Shown: positions 38,110-52,141, counted from the stretch's first letter. The stretch is DNA of 64,000 bases from Mobula hypostoma (GCF_963921235.1 NC_086098.1:1240001-1304000); one strand, 5' to 3'. Notes: generated by a model from the letters alone, not told the origin. Numbers and translations: made by a program.

Positions 38110-38332
38110 AGACCAATCTCTTTCACCAATCAACTTCCCAGCTCTTTACTTCATCCCTCCCCCTCCCGGTTTCATCTATCACCTCGTGTTTCTCCCCCCC
38201 CCCACCCACCGTGACTCCTCATCTCTTTTTTGCTCCAGTTCTGATGAAGGGTCTCAGCCAGAAACGTCGACTATACTCTTTTCTATAGATTCTGCCTGGC
38301 CTGTTAACTTCCTTCTGCATTTTGTGTGTGTG
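38110..38332 (+). mobile_element. Penelope-like terminal-repeat remnant
   Basis: A C/T-rich leader, the hammerhead motif, then ...TGCCTGGCCTG...CATTTTGTGTG. Confidence 0.7.
38237..38272 (+). ncRNA. Minimal type I hammerhead ribozyme motif (Penelope-type)
   Basis: AGTT-CTGATGA-A-GGGTCTCAGCCA-GAAA-C-GTC-GACT. It has the conserved CUGAUGA and GAAA boxes, a palindromic ACGU helix III, a GUC cleavage triplet and an AGUU/GACU helix I. Confidence 0.65.
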
Positions 38333-39184
38333 CTTATTATTTATTAGAGTTTATTATTTGCTGGACAGTATGAAGGCATGTTCGGTGCGGCCTACATCGT
38401 CCATGTCTTTCAAGAGTAATCCGCCGTCCACGGTAGCAAAGAAATGCACGCTGCGTGACGGTCTGCTCTTCTGAACTTCTTGTTAAACAACAAGTTTAAA
38501 AATCAGTAAGGTGTAACAATAATGATGCTCAAGCTGGTGAAACTCTCGAAATCGAGTACATTTGGGAAACGAGCAGACTTTTTCGGATATTTGTGCTGCG
38601 CTAAATAAAAAATGGCCATGCATATAGTACAGTGCAGGAACAGGCCCTGCGCCAAGCTAATTAAATTAATAATCAAACGGATAACTAATCTCTTCTGCCT
38701 CCACAATGTCCATGCCTTTTCATTTTCTTCATATTCATGTCTCTGTCTAAACGTGTTTCCCTCCACCATCACCCCGGCAGCACATTCCAGTCACCCACTA
38801 ATCGTGCAAAACATCTCCTTTGAAATGAAGTCCTCTCACCTTTACGCATGCCCCCGTATGTCAACCCCTGCCTGTCTAGTCTATCCTTGTATTTTTAATA
38901 TTTTATATAATGTTATGTATATTATATTTAAATTAAAGTGTGAGTCGATTACCTTTAATAATAGGTACACGATGGATTTTAGGCTCGGATAGAGTGGCCG
39001 AAGGGCCTGTTTATGAGCTGGACTTTTCTCTGACGCTGTGACTCTCTGGTGAAGAGCAGCTCGGAGACATATGATTCCACGTTGACGTCCTGAAATAAAA
39101 CAGGAACAATTCGCCGACGGTGCTCATTTTCTATTCAGTTCCATATCTTCCAAGGTACACTTCCTGACAAATTGAAACCTAGTG

Positions 39185-39533
39185 AATATTGAAAAGGCTA
39201 GATAGAGTGGATGTAGAAAGGATGTTGGGGAGCCTGGGACCAAAGGACGTAGCCTCAGAGTGGAGGGGTGCCCATTTCGAATGGAGATGAAGAAGTTCTT
39301 CGGCCAGTAAGTGATGAAACTGTGTAATTCATTGCCACAGACGATTGTGAGGCCAAGTCATTGGGTATACTTCACGCGGAGGTTGCTAGGTTCTTGATTA
39401 GTCAGGGCGTCATATGTTACGGGGAGAAGGCAGGAGAATGGGGTTGAGAGGGAAAATAAATCAGCCATGATAGAATGGCGAAGCAGACTCGATGGACCGA
39501 ATAGCCTAATTCTGCTCCTATAGCTTATAGTCT
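39185..39533 (+). mobile_element. Old CR1 3'-end fragment
   Basis: Similar to the 3' end of copy J (...GCCTAATTCTGCTCCTAT...). Confidence 0.75.
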
Positions 39534-42500
39534 GAATCACTGCCGGCAAAATTTCCTATCGTGCAGTCAAACTTCACTTCATTCCAAACTTTATCCCTTC
39601 GCAGCAATATTGAGAATGGGAAACTTAAAAAACTCTGACACGGTGAACTTTTGAGCTGGTGTTTAATCCATATAGTAGGCGGCGTGTGGCTTTCCATGGG
39701 CAGAAACTTTTGCGTCAAGTTGGCTTCTTGGCACTTGTTTTCAATTTCAATCTGCCTGTCAGGATATGGTTTTGACTGTATTCCGTTTCCAAACATCGAT
39801 GTTGTACTGTATCAGTGTTTTTATTTTGCAATTCAGGCTACCTACGGAGGACTTAATGAGGTCGGAAAAGTTCGGCTGCTGCTAAACAACACGTGTCACG
39901 ACTCCTGTCGGTGATAACAGCCCGTAGATGGGTCTTCTTCACTCAGAGGGTGGTGAGAGTGCGGAAAGAACTGCCAGTGCCAGTAGTAGATGCGGAGTCG
40001 AATTGAACATGGAAGAGAAATTTGAATAGGTACCTGGGTGGAAGGGGTACAGAGGCCATGGTCCGGTTGCGGATCGACGGGGCTAGACAGATTAATTATG
40101 CGGCTCGGACTAGACGGGCCGAATGACCTGTTTCTGTTTCACAGAGAAATGTGAAATTTGTTGTTTTGCATTAGCCGTACATCGCAATACAAAAACACCT
40201 ATAAGTTACAATAAGAAATATATGTAAAATAAATAAGTCATGAAAAAAGAGCAAAATAGCGCCGTGGGTTCAGAAATCTGATAGCGGAGGGGAAGTATTA
40301 GAATCAAAATCAGGCTTAACATCACTGACATATGTGGCGAAATCTGTTGTTCAGTGGCAGCAGTACAGTGTAACACACAAAATTACAATTTTATATATAG
40401 TGCAAAAAGAGAGCAGATCTTCCTGGAGCGCAACTCAAAGAACACAATGAGATGTTACAAAATGTAATTTCCTCCCCTTTCTGCCAATGACATCCTAGAC
40501 TGCGGCTTTTCCGACGATCAATGCCGGTCCCAACCGGGTACAATCGATGGACGAGTAAGACAGGCTTCGGACCGTCGGTGTGTGGAGACTGCAGGGTTCT
40601 CTCAATATTATGCGTTTGTTTGTTAGTTTATATTATTAATATTTGTTTCTTTTGATTTTGCACAATTCGTCAGTCTTTGTGTGTAGTTTCTCATTGATTC
40701 TATTGTACTTCTTTCTACTGTGAATGCCTGCAAGAAAATGAATCTCAGTATTTGGTGACACATATGTACTCTGGTAAAAAAACATTACTTTGAACTTTAA
40801 TATAATCACTGGCACACGTCGTGAAAGGTATTGTTTTGCGGCAGCGGTACAGCACAATACATAAACGGACAATAAATTACAGTAAGAAATATATAACAAA
40901 AGTTTAAATAAATGGAGGGCAAAATATTGAGGTGGTGTTCATGGGGTCACGGTCTCTACCGAAATCCGATGGCGGGAGGGAAGAAGCTGTCCCTAACGTG
41001 TTCTTCAATGGCTGTGTTCGCTTGCGTTGTAGTACTTGGAATACAGATTTTGTTGTCACCGTTCGCTTCATTTACACAGTCCTTTTGTGTGTGCTAGCAA
41101 TTCTGAGGTAAAAATAAAAGCAAATCCCGTGGGAGCTTGTCTCTAGCTCATTCCAAAATAAACGAACAAAGTTTCTTCAGATTTCTCTTTGTTTAATTGC
41201 AAGCTGAATCTCTTGCTACTTTAATCTCCCACTTTATATAAAACAAAAAACTGGCCCGACAGATAAATTTTCAACAATGAAACTTCCAACAATTCGCCAC
41301 ACGCGTATTCGAAAGGGCATTTTGTAATTATTGCCGCGGGAAACAATACCATCAAGAATGACAACAAGGAACCTCTCCTTACTGAAATAAAGTTCAAATG
41401 TTACAGTTCAAATCAAATCAATACACGGTACAAATTATAGTATCGTGGCGAAGCGAATGTTGTCATAGTGTTAAGTGTTGGTGGACACCAGCTTGGTTAA
41501 GTCAACAATACGGAGGTCAGAGTTCAAAATCTGAATGTGAATCAGAATCAGGTTTAATATCAGCGGTGTTTCTTGTGAAATTAGTTGTTATGCGGCGGCA
41601 GTACATGGCAATACATAATAATACAAACTGTCAGTTACACTTTTAGGTTTAAGCGGAAGTCTAGACATGTTTCACATTTAACGAGCTATGGGGAGCAAAT
41701 TCTGCTTTAATGTAATGAAACGGATGAAACTTCACTCATTAAAAAGTTTTAAATCGGACATTATTCGTGCATCTTTGATATTGAATATCGCTCATTTGTT
41801 GCAAAGTATTCTAGCTTTTCTCAACTGTTACAATTCATACTTTGGAGTAAAAATGATCGATATGGAGTGAAATCATCTACAGTATTTGGAATGTTAATAT
41901 CTCTAACAGTTTCGCATTCAAATCATCAACATTTAATTTCCTCCATTCGGTCAGCGATACACATCTCACGATAAAATACGTATTCATACTTTATCATTGA
42001 TTTTCAATTGTTACAACTTGCAAATCCTAATATCTCATCGGCGTGTCTGCCGCAACAATAGTTAGGAGATTAGAGACAAACTCAGATGTCCGTGTTTGGA
42101 AACGAAGTTTAAATCCGTGATTGGTCAAGGGATATTATTGCTAACATTTCCACAAATCAAAAATCAGCTTATATTTCCACACTGTGTATGACCACATGAA
42201 CACAAAAGCGCGGAGCTAAGGAATCTCTCATTTCAAAATAATCCATAATAAGACTTTGTTCAAGGGATAATAATTACTGATCCGGTGTTCTGTATTCAGT
42301 CCGAGTGTTTGACACAGGGCGGGGGCTGTGTTATAATGGCGTCGTGTTTGTGAGGTACCGAGAACGACTAACATCATTCACCTTCAACTCAAGCAGCGTT
42401 CATTAACATTTACAATGTCGCCCACCGGAACTAAATGGTATTGACCGCGACATAACAACAGTTTGCTGGATTAATAGTAAAGATTGCACTGTGGCGGATA

Positions 42501-43009
42501 TATCAGTGACATCTAAAATTAATCAACATCACAATTTGAGATTGTAATATAATCGCTGTTAGCCTGTTACTTGTTTGTGAAGTACATCAGCACAACATTG
42601 CGGACCCCGCTGATCAATGTGATTGATTGATCAGGGCAGCCAGCCTGCTAAGAACAATCTGGTGATACTGTACTGGGTGTTTTACCGATTCTGCAAGTAA
42701 GATTCAAGATTCGGAGCAAACAAAAAAAGGACAAAAGATAAATAACACAATAATAATAACAAATTAATAAATATGAATACATAAGATAGCTTATATACCT
42801 AGATTGATTATATATCCATAAAGCGACACGAGGCTATGCATAAGGTAACTAACAGGACATAATAAAGTATTGGTGGAGTTAGTTAGTGGAGATGTTGATC
42901 AGCCTTACTACGGGAAAGTTTTTGAATCTGGGGGTCCTGACTTGGGTGCTACGTAGACTCCTCGCTGATGGGAGTGAGGGAAACAGGGTGGATGGGATCC
43001 TGGCTCTTT

Positions 43010-43115
43010 TCCGTCTCCTCTCTACCTCTCTCTCACTCCTCCCTCCCCCCTCTCTCTCTCTCGTTCCTCTCTCTCCCTCACTCCTCCTCTCTCTCTTGTC
43101 CCTCGCTTTCTCTCT
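43010..43115. repeat. Polypyrimidine (CT-rich) low-complexity tract
   Basis: About 100 bp of almost pure C/T on the + strand. Confidence 0.85.
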
Positions 43116-44977
43116 GTATATATCAAAGGTTCAAATTTCAAAGTAAATATATTATCGAAGTACCTGTATATACAACCCCGAGATTCATTTTATTGCGGGC
43201 ATACTCAATAAATCCGTAATAAAATAATAACCATACTAGAGTCAATGAAAGACCGCACCAGACTAGGCATCTGACCAGAGTGCAAAAGACAACGAACTGG
43301 GCACATACATAAAGAAATAAGTAACGAAATCTAGAACGAGATGAAAAGTCCTTGAAAGTGAGTCGATAGGTCGTGGGAACACACACACACTCATATATAT
43401 AATTTTTAATCGAATCCACACAAAATTCTGACTTTAATGTGTTATTTTTATCTGGAATCTGTGTAAAGTTTGACATAAAAGCACCTATCGTTCTGGACAC
43501 ATTTGTTTCGTGTTCATCTAACTGCAGGTTTCGAGAATCTTTAAAAGATGTACTTGCTTATTTTGACCCATAGGCCGCGCTATTGTACCGCGCTCAGAGT
43601 CGGAACAGCGAACGTCAGTGCTTGCAAACTCAGACACACCAACTTTCAAAACACTTCATAGTTGGTGTGCATATTGAGAAGTTTTGGATAGGCTATTGAA
43701 TATGTCTGTGCTGAAGAATATTCAAATCAGGTTTCGATTACAGAAGTATGTCTCCATCGAGGCCGCAGATAAACCGTATTTAAGCACTGACAAACCATCC
43801 TGTCTGTGCCAGCCTAACGTGCACTTGCCTGAAAGTTGCCAGTATTGTTTGTAAACACTCAGCATTGTAGCTGACCGCATGGAAGCCTTCTTCGTACTCG
43901 CCCACCCCCACCCCGCAGGCGCACAAAACTACTCTAGATTGTGGAAAATTGTACATCTTTTTTGAGTTTGATTTTTCGACCTTACTGAAAATGTCGGAGT
44001 TACTCTGGTTCTGTTGAATTAGAACACTTCGTCCAGGCGAGAAAACATTTCGGACGCAATGTACCTTTGCTGCAAATTTGTTAGCGGCATACAGTATACT
44101 AGAACAGATGGTAGCAATCGTTATTTCCCTGTCATATAGAATTCACTCGAACTGGTTACTTTCACAGTTGATAGAACTGTTTCTGAAAAAGAGATCTTTT
44201 GACGAGTTTTCTTGGCATTTGGGCCCACAATTCCCGACGTCGGTGCGCATTCCTACCAGTATTTCATACGAAATTCTGCCTACGAATTGACGATTGGTCG
44301 GTACAACGAGCAATCATAACTTGACCTTGTATGAACTCGCGCCTTTACTATCGATGCTCAAAATCAGATTCGAATCCGGATCCCTCGAAAGTCAACCTTC
44401 CGCACCGGACGTGCAGGCGCACAAATTGACCACTCTTATTAATTCCCGTCGACATTAAACATGATTCCTAACTGCAACGACTGAACTCATATTAAAAGAT
44501 CTGTCCAGCCGCCTGAGTAGCAATGCCTAACTCAAACACCCGCGGCAACTGACACGGAAATTTGCAATGCTGAAGTTTTAAAACAGATACAGTAATTATA
44601 TGTACACATCCACAATAAAATTATTATTGAAAGTCAAACATCTACAACGGTTGTGCCGTGAATCGGCAACAGGGTTAGACTGCGGCAGAAATGGTCCCTC
44701 GCAAAGAATCGCGATTAGTGACCATCGAAAGTCGAACAATTCCCACCACCGTTCCCATTAAAATCAACAACTTTGCCTCCAAAACAGAATTTCCAAGAAT
44801 CTGTTACCCAGGCGTTATATATTATTTATTTTGAATCCAAAGATACCGGATGCTAATTTGAAGGACTTTGAATAACTTTAAATACACGAAAGCCAAAAGG
44901 GATCGGCCGTATATATTTACTGTTCTTGTAGTCTTCGTCCGTTTTAAACTGAGACAAACAGTCTTGTCTCTCAATAG

Positions 44978-45349
44978 AATAGTGTGCGGGACAGGAATTG
45001 TTCCCGGTACAGACCGGATAGAGTGGCGAGCGGGACAGGAATTGTTCCCGGTACAGACCGGGTAGAGTGGCGAGCCGGACAGGGGTTGTTCCCGGTACAG
45101 ACCGGATAGAGTGGCGAGTGGGGCAGGGGTTGTTCCCGGTACAGACCGGATAGAGTGGCGAGTGGGGCAGGATAGAGTGGCGAGGGGGGACAGGGGTTGT
45201 TCCCGGTACAGACCAGATAGAGTGGCGGGCGGGACAGGGGTTGTTCCCGGTACAGACCAGATAGAGTGGCGAGCGGGACAGGAATTGTTCCCAGTCCAGG
45301 CCGGATAGAGTGGCGAGCGGGACAGGAATTGTTTCCGGTACAGACCGGA
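44978..45349. repeat. 44-bp GC-rich minisatellite (~8 units)
   Basis: Unit GGATAGAGTGGCGAGCGGGACAGGAATTGTTCCCGGTACAGACC. AGACC recurs at 45011, 45055, and so on. Confidence 0.95.
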
Positions 45350-45649
45350 ATGCTTTGATTTTCACCAAGAATCAAAAGACGTAGCCTGTAGGGAAGAAAA
45401 CTGCCAACTTGAACTAATATTTAGTTAACTGTTGAGTACCCATTGCCGGCGTTACAAACGCAGTCTTTCACAGGACAGCCACTAACACAATTCTGAGCGA
45501 ACTCCTGGGTAGAACGGCCAAGAGGAATGCTTCATGCCTTTGTTAGTTGTTTTACAGAGCAGTATGTGGCATAGATTTTGTGTCTGAAAACATCGATAGA
45601 TTAACGATTTATCGTTCAAGGTATTACTAGAGATATCACGCGTATTATG

Positions 45650-46080
45650 GGTGATGCTCAACGCATTACCGGCACCAGCCGACCCGCTATCAAGGACATT
45701 AAAACAGAAAGGTGCTGGAAAAGGGCCAGTAACATCATGAAGGATCCCACCTACCCTGCTCGTGGACTGTTTGTCCCACTCCCATTAGGGGGTAGGCTAC
45801 CAGGGGCAGGACTACCAGATTCAAAAACAGTTACTTTCCCCAAGCAGCAAAGCTGATCAACACCTCCGCCCACCACTACTTTATTATTTTTTGTCAGTCA
45901 CCTTACGTAGAGACACTCCTGTGCCTAGTGTCACTTTATGGACATACAATCAATCTATGTATATAAGCTGTTTTAGGATATATTTTTTCCGCTGCATCGA
46001 ATCCAGAGTAACAACTATTGTGTTCTCCTTTACTTTTGCGTACTGGAAAAGACTGTAAACAATCTTGAATCTTGAACCTT
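45650..46080 (+). mobile_element. Rex1/Babar-like LINE 3' fragment
   Basis: Translation AQRITG...RASNIMKDPTYPARGLFVPLPLGGR, with an (ATCTTGA)n-like tail. Confidence 0.65.
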
Positions 46081-46374
46081 GTTAGGGTAAAGATAAGATT
46101 GAATGATGTGCAAATTAATTTATACGGGTGGCTTACCCTATAGCATAAACATATTGGATCTGAGTAAAACGCGGGGTCATTTTTAAGGTACATAATAAAA
46201 TTTTCTTAATCTTTTAATAAAGGCAATTCAGACAAAACACATTGTGTATGAATTCCTGAAAATAAAGCTTTAGCGTTTCCGTTGACGAATGCGCAAGGTG
46301 TGGAGAGTAAAAAAAATATAAATATATGCGCGAATAATAATGATTATAATGAACCACACAAGGCAAAGTGCACA

Positions 46375-46636
46375 GCTTTCAAATAGAGGGACGTGCATTT
46401 GAACAGAGATGAGGATGAATTCTTTACCCAGAGCATGGTGAATCTGTGGAATTCACTGCCACAGACGGCTTTGGAGACCAAGTCACTGGATACATTTTAA
46501 AGCGGAGGTTGATAGGTTCTTCATTAGTCAGGCCGTCAGGATAAGGCAGGAGAATGGGGTTGGTTGGGATAATAAATCAGCCATGATCAATTGGCGGAGC
46601 AGGCTCGATGCACCCAATGGCCTGATTCTGCTCCCA
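46375..46636 (+). mobile_element. Old CR1 3'-end fragment
   Basis: Homologous to 39255-39520. Confidence 0.75.
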
Positions 46637-47184
46637 GCTCTCATCACTGCTGGCTGGCAAAGTTTCCTATCGCGCAAATCAAATTTTAGCTAATCCCAAA
46701 CTTCATCCCCTGGCCTAGTTCTTACGGTCTAAGTAACATTGCGAATATACGGTTCTGTTTTCCAAAGCCATCGGCAATGATATGGGATATCCTACTAAAC
46801 CGCGTTTCAACGGAGGTCCAATAACTTTCTCCTCGTTGTGACCAATGATCGTGTGTGTGTCTGTGCGCGCGCATCGGTACGTGTCATGCATTCTGGTCCC
46901 TGATCTTACAGCTGCATGCACTTTCTACAACTTTCTCTTTTATGGTTTTCTTTATTGTATCATCCATATTCATGTCTGCGTGTCCAAGTAGTTTTTGTTC
47001 ACAGACATATTCTTAATCTTCGAAATGTGTGCGCGTGCGCTTACACAATTATCATGTCATATGAGCAATGCATTTCAACTTTCAAAGTATCTGTACGTAT
47101 TTAAATAAGTAGGTGTCTGACAGTTGTAAGCATCTTAATAGTATGAATAACCTTTGCTTTCAAATTTATTCTTAATTGGAAGTT

Positions 47185-47452
47185 CACCCGCTAACCCACC
47201 CCTCCACACCTCCAAATACCACTGCTTTATCATTTCCTGTCAGCGTCACCTATTTACAGACACTCCTATGACTATCGTCAATTTATGGACATACAATCAA
47301 TCCGTGTATATAAGCTATCTTATTTATTTAAATTTATTGTGGTTTTTTAATCTTATCTTAGATTTTGTGCTGCATCGAATCTGGAGTAACAATTATTTTT
47401 TCTTCTTTACACTTGTGTACTGGAAATAACATTAAACAATATTAATCTTGAA
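47185..47452 (+). mobile_element. Rex1/Babar-like 3'-UTR fragment
   Basis: Homologous to 45865-46075 (TTTATGGACATACAATCAATC...GCTGCATCGAATC..GAGTAACAA). Confidence 0.65.
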
Positions 47453-49754
47453 TTTAGATGGGTAGATCTGAAGGCATCGCTCGTCAGCGCTTTGAGTTAA
47501 TGATCATACTCAGTTATTTTTAGGACCCCTACGTAACAGCTTCATTCAATTGCGCAGAATGTGTCGCTGTCATCCTAGAACTATGCCCAGGATTCACATC
47601 AATGTCTCTTTACAATTCTGTCCCCTTCTTTTAGCCGAGTTGGTGGGTACAAACGCTTGCACTTGTGGGGATGTCAGCGCCGCTGCTTCGTGCGTTTGCA
47701 CAAATCAGCATTTACTACAGCAGTCCTGAATCAGTTTTGTATAGTTGTGGAAAGTAGAGCATATACGCACCCCCGTGACTAACCGGGGGCAAATGTATTG
47801 TTAAACCCAGAAAGGTGGAAATCCAGAGTAACACACGTAAAATGCTGGACGTACCGTTGAGTTCCTCCAACATTTTGTGAACTGGTTTTTGTATCCTCGA
47901 ATGAAACGAGCTCGTTAGTCACACAACCAACAATGTCCCAATATAGAATTCAAATTAAGAGACCCACGCGTTTTAATTTGAGTGATTTCATTCATGGTTC
48001 GAATTTATCTCCCCTGAATCCTTGGATTATCCTGTGAGTTGTGTTAAAAACAAGCCGTTAGAATATTTAACAGCGGGGCTGGAAGTGGTTGGGAGGACAG
48101 ATTCAACAGACCGAGTTATTTATTTATGGACAGAACATGTCCAGTAAGTAAATAAGTAACTCGCATTTGTGAACATGAGGCGAGTTCCAAACCAGCACAC
48201 GTCAGCTCCAGCAGCAACATGTTATATATCTAAAATAAAAGTACCACAAAAAATGCCCGTAAGAAACCGAATCTCAGGGTTACATATGGTGACATATATG
48301 TATTTTGATAATAAATTTACTTTGAACTGGACAAGATAAAATACATAGACCTGCATTTAAAAATATATAACCATTGCAGTTTTATCAAACTGAATTTTGG
48401 AATATCACTGTGTACCAGTAAATTATTATTCCAGACATCCTCAAACTACAAATTTCTGAAGTTCTGACACTGCGTGGTCCGTGTCCTTGCAATCGGCCAT
48501 GTTTCCAATAACAAATTCCCTCTGCCCGATGCAAAATTCCACCCCTGCCTCCCCCTTACCTCCTCCATCCCCACCCATCCACCCGCAACTAAATGGCCCG
48601 GAAACGCCGTAAACTTTCGGTCAGAATAGGCCTGGCCTCAAATTTCACCCCATACCCCAACTCCCGAGGACGTAATTTACATCAAAGTAAAATGAATGTG
48701 TTTGAGAATCGCGCATGACCATTCTACCGTACACCTACTACAGAACATAGTTTATGTACATCACAAGACAGCGCAAATATTGTAGTGTAATAACTGTACT
48801 GAATTATACTAAAGCGTCTACTTTCAATCTGTGCTTGAAGTCTAAAGCCCAACCGTTTCTTTCTTTGACTAGTTTTAGTGTTCTGGGATTGTCACTGTGG
48901 TAAATTAAATTGCGAAATTGTTAAAAATCTGGGGTTCAATGGGGTAGAGTGATTTGGAGCATAGTATTTCCAAACAGTCCGTACAGGTAAATTACCGGAT
49001 CTTAATTTGATAATTCATTTTAAGAGTGAAATTACACCCGTAACTTAGATCTAGCAGCTAACCATTTACTCCGGCTTTTTGGTTACACGGCTTCATTTCA
49101 CTTGTTGGTGCGAAACTAATTTACAGGAGGATACAATATCAGACAAAACAATTGAAGAAAATTCGGCGAAAGAGGGAACATGCATTATTTTCTATAGACT
49201 GGACAACTTTCAAGTAACCATTGCGTTTAACGCTGAGGGTAATCCAGAAACGCTGAGTGTGCAAGCTTAAATTTAGTATAATCAGATAAAAGCAATTTAC
49301 TAAATGCTGGTATTATTTGATTATTAGTTGTTATTGTTTACATATTTACATATTGTAGTTACTTCAACACAATAGATTTCGAGTCTAAAAACAATACAAC
49401 TACGGGACCTCAACAGAAAGTATTTAACGCGTCTCTACGCTATTCGTTTAAACATATTCATTTTACGAAAATAGTTACGACTTTCCTAAAGTTTGGAACA
49501 GGATTCGGTATATAACGAAATAATATTCAGGGGTAAAAGATGTAATAGTTTCCCTCGCGATTATCTATTTACTTTTTCCAAATAATCGGTGTAGAGGATA
49601 TTTACTTTCCGTATTAAGGAAACGCATGATAAATTCGCGACGGGTGTAAATAAATGCTCTCGCTACAAAACCAGCAACCGAGTAAACGACGGCAGGTGAA
49701 ACTGAACGGTTCTGGAAGAAAGCGGCTCGGTGATCGCCAACCTCTATGCGGCGC

Positions 49755-49773
49755 TGGCCACTAGAGGGCACTC
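49755..49773 (+). promoter_or_regulatory. Candidate CTCF binding site
   Basis: TGGCCACTAGAGGGCACTC matches the CTCF core consensus (CCASYAGRKGGCRS) in non-repetitive, CpG-containing sequence. Confidence 0.65.
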
Positions 49774-52085
49774 ACGTCCCTTACTCAACACGCAGTGGTA
49801 ACTATTGAACAATAATCCCGGATCCATACCCAACTGAAATATTTCACCCGATCAGCACGTTTATGGTCAGAAAACACTTCTTCTTTCCGTCAAATTCCTC
49901 TCTGTATTGATAAGATAATTTAGCTGAATATGTTCTGTACGCGTGTAGTATTGACCTAGCGTAGAAGTGAACCGGTCTCCCGCTGCTTTTAACACTATAA
50001 ATAAAGCTGATATATCAAATATTGTAGTCAATACAAAATAAATGTTGCAAACGTTAATTGAAAATATATGTATATAATTTTTTTTAAAAATCGCCATTAG
50101 TTTTATATTTAAGAGGGGGTAACACGTGCAGAATAAACGATTGAAACTGGTCACCATATTAGTTGAAATATCTTATAGCATATATAGATTGCAACATATA
50201 CAAAATGTATGTATTTCACTTTCAACCATCATATATTTACTTATCTGCACCATTGTTCGTATTTATAATTAAAATTATCTGCAAGATTCACTCAAACAGG
50301 GATTAAGATTATTAATTAAATACGCCAATTCAGTAAATAAGAAAATACTTGCTTGCGCAGTCACACGGGCAGGTGTTATAGAGTGATTTTTAAAAGATAT
50401 TGTGTCTCTGCACGCACACACACAAACAATTAAATTCCAAAATCAAGATATTTTGAAGATAATGTATTTCAGGTTCTGAGTGCGCTTCACCCTCTGCACC
50501 CCCACTATCTATTGGGATTTTCTTTGTACAGTTGTTGCCGTGTTATAGAAGTGAATATTATATTGTTGCTGTCATCAGAATGACACTGTAGCCTATGACC
50601 GGGTTAGTGGATAAACTATGCGCTCCCGCCACTCGCTTAGAAAAGAGAATTCCCCAGAAAACCACCACATTAGACTTGAAGGTTGTGCGATCGCTTGTTT
50701 TATGTAAGTAACAAAATATTACTTTAACATAAATATATAAGGGACTCTGATTTTCTTCTTTTATCTGCACAAGACACATTGAAAGGTACCAAAAACAATC
50801 TTTCAAAGAGAAACGGGGGGGGGGAGCATAACGAAAATTTTACATCCCACATATAACATCTAATCAATTAAAACTACAGAAGAAACAGTTTTCAGAACTT
50901 CTTTAAAAGAAATAAATACATTGAGGCAGGCCACGTGAAAATGATAGTAAAATTCCCTGGGCAGCATTATGGAAAAATGTATACAAGGAAAAAATCATTC
51001 AGATTATGTTTATCTTCTTCAATTCAAAAGACAAATTTATGTAACATATTTACATAGTGGTATAAGATGTGCATGATAACCGCTCTCCATAAACCTGGGA
51101 GAAAAGGTTCTAACAAAGTCTTCCACTTTCACTGCGTTTTACTAAACGAACCGACACAGAATTTAGTTCGTGTCTCAGGGTTACTTCTGTCTGTACCAAC
51201 CTATCTGACCCGGCGTTCTTCTTAAATATATTTTTAAATGTTCTCTAACACCTTACTAAATTTTATTGTCTTTAGGAATCGCTATAACTGCGGTTAAATT
51301 ACAATCATATCACCACATCAAAATATCTCAAATATGTACACACCTTTTCTAGAATTTTGAATGTTTGGATATGTTCTTTGTAAGAAAGCGCAATATACTG
51401 ATATGTTTTAAAGGTTTTTTTTGTTTCATTTTATCCGACTGGGGATTGCTTTTATGTTAAGATTGTAGACGCACATTTAATAAGTACAATGTTTTATACT
51501 GCAATATATTTTTTCGAAAAAAATGTGGCAGAAACTACAACATTTTGACTCTGCAATTTTATTATTTCATTATAGTACAGTGCTAATTCAAGGCGTGAAG
51601 ACGCTAGCTAGCATATTTGTAATCGTCCTCTCCTATCAAATGTATTGTGTTTCTTGCCACCGGAATTAGTTTTTATTAAACATGGGGGGTAAAACTTTGA
51701 GTCGTGATCTGTAATACTTTATAGCGCCTGAAATGTATCGATTTATAGTTTATTTATTTACTTCTTTGTGTTTATGTGGATTTGTTCTGTTTGCAATTTC
51801 GCAGCTCCCAACTTCAGTTCCCAGCGAGAACTGTATCGTTTGAGCTGAGGTCCCTCTCCGCTTGACTGACACAGCCTATTCTCTGCTCACATACACTGCC
51901 TCTTGTCTTGTACAATTCAGCGCCTCGGAGAAATGTCTCCCACTCGGTCGGGATTTTCTTTGAAACAAACCCCGCAAATGGTGGCTAGTCCGGAGAGCAG
52001 TGTATTGGAATTTCCTTGCCCCTTTTAGCTTTTCGTGTAACAATCAAAACTGCAGCTCCTGTGGCCAAATCTCCCTCTGGCTTGC

Positions 52086-52087
<2 letters not shown>

Positions 52088-52141
<54 letters not shown>
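52088..52141. repeat. (CA)n microsatellite in the presumed POU3F2 3' UTR
   Basis: Direct inspection; ~290 bp past the stop codon. Confidence 0.95.

Noticed and set aside
44853..45375. Proline-rich repetitive ORFs
   Set aside because: These are translations of the 44-bp minisatellite, whose unit length is not a multiple of 3.
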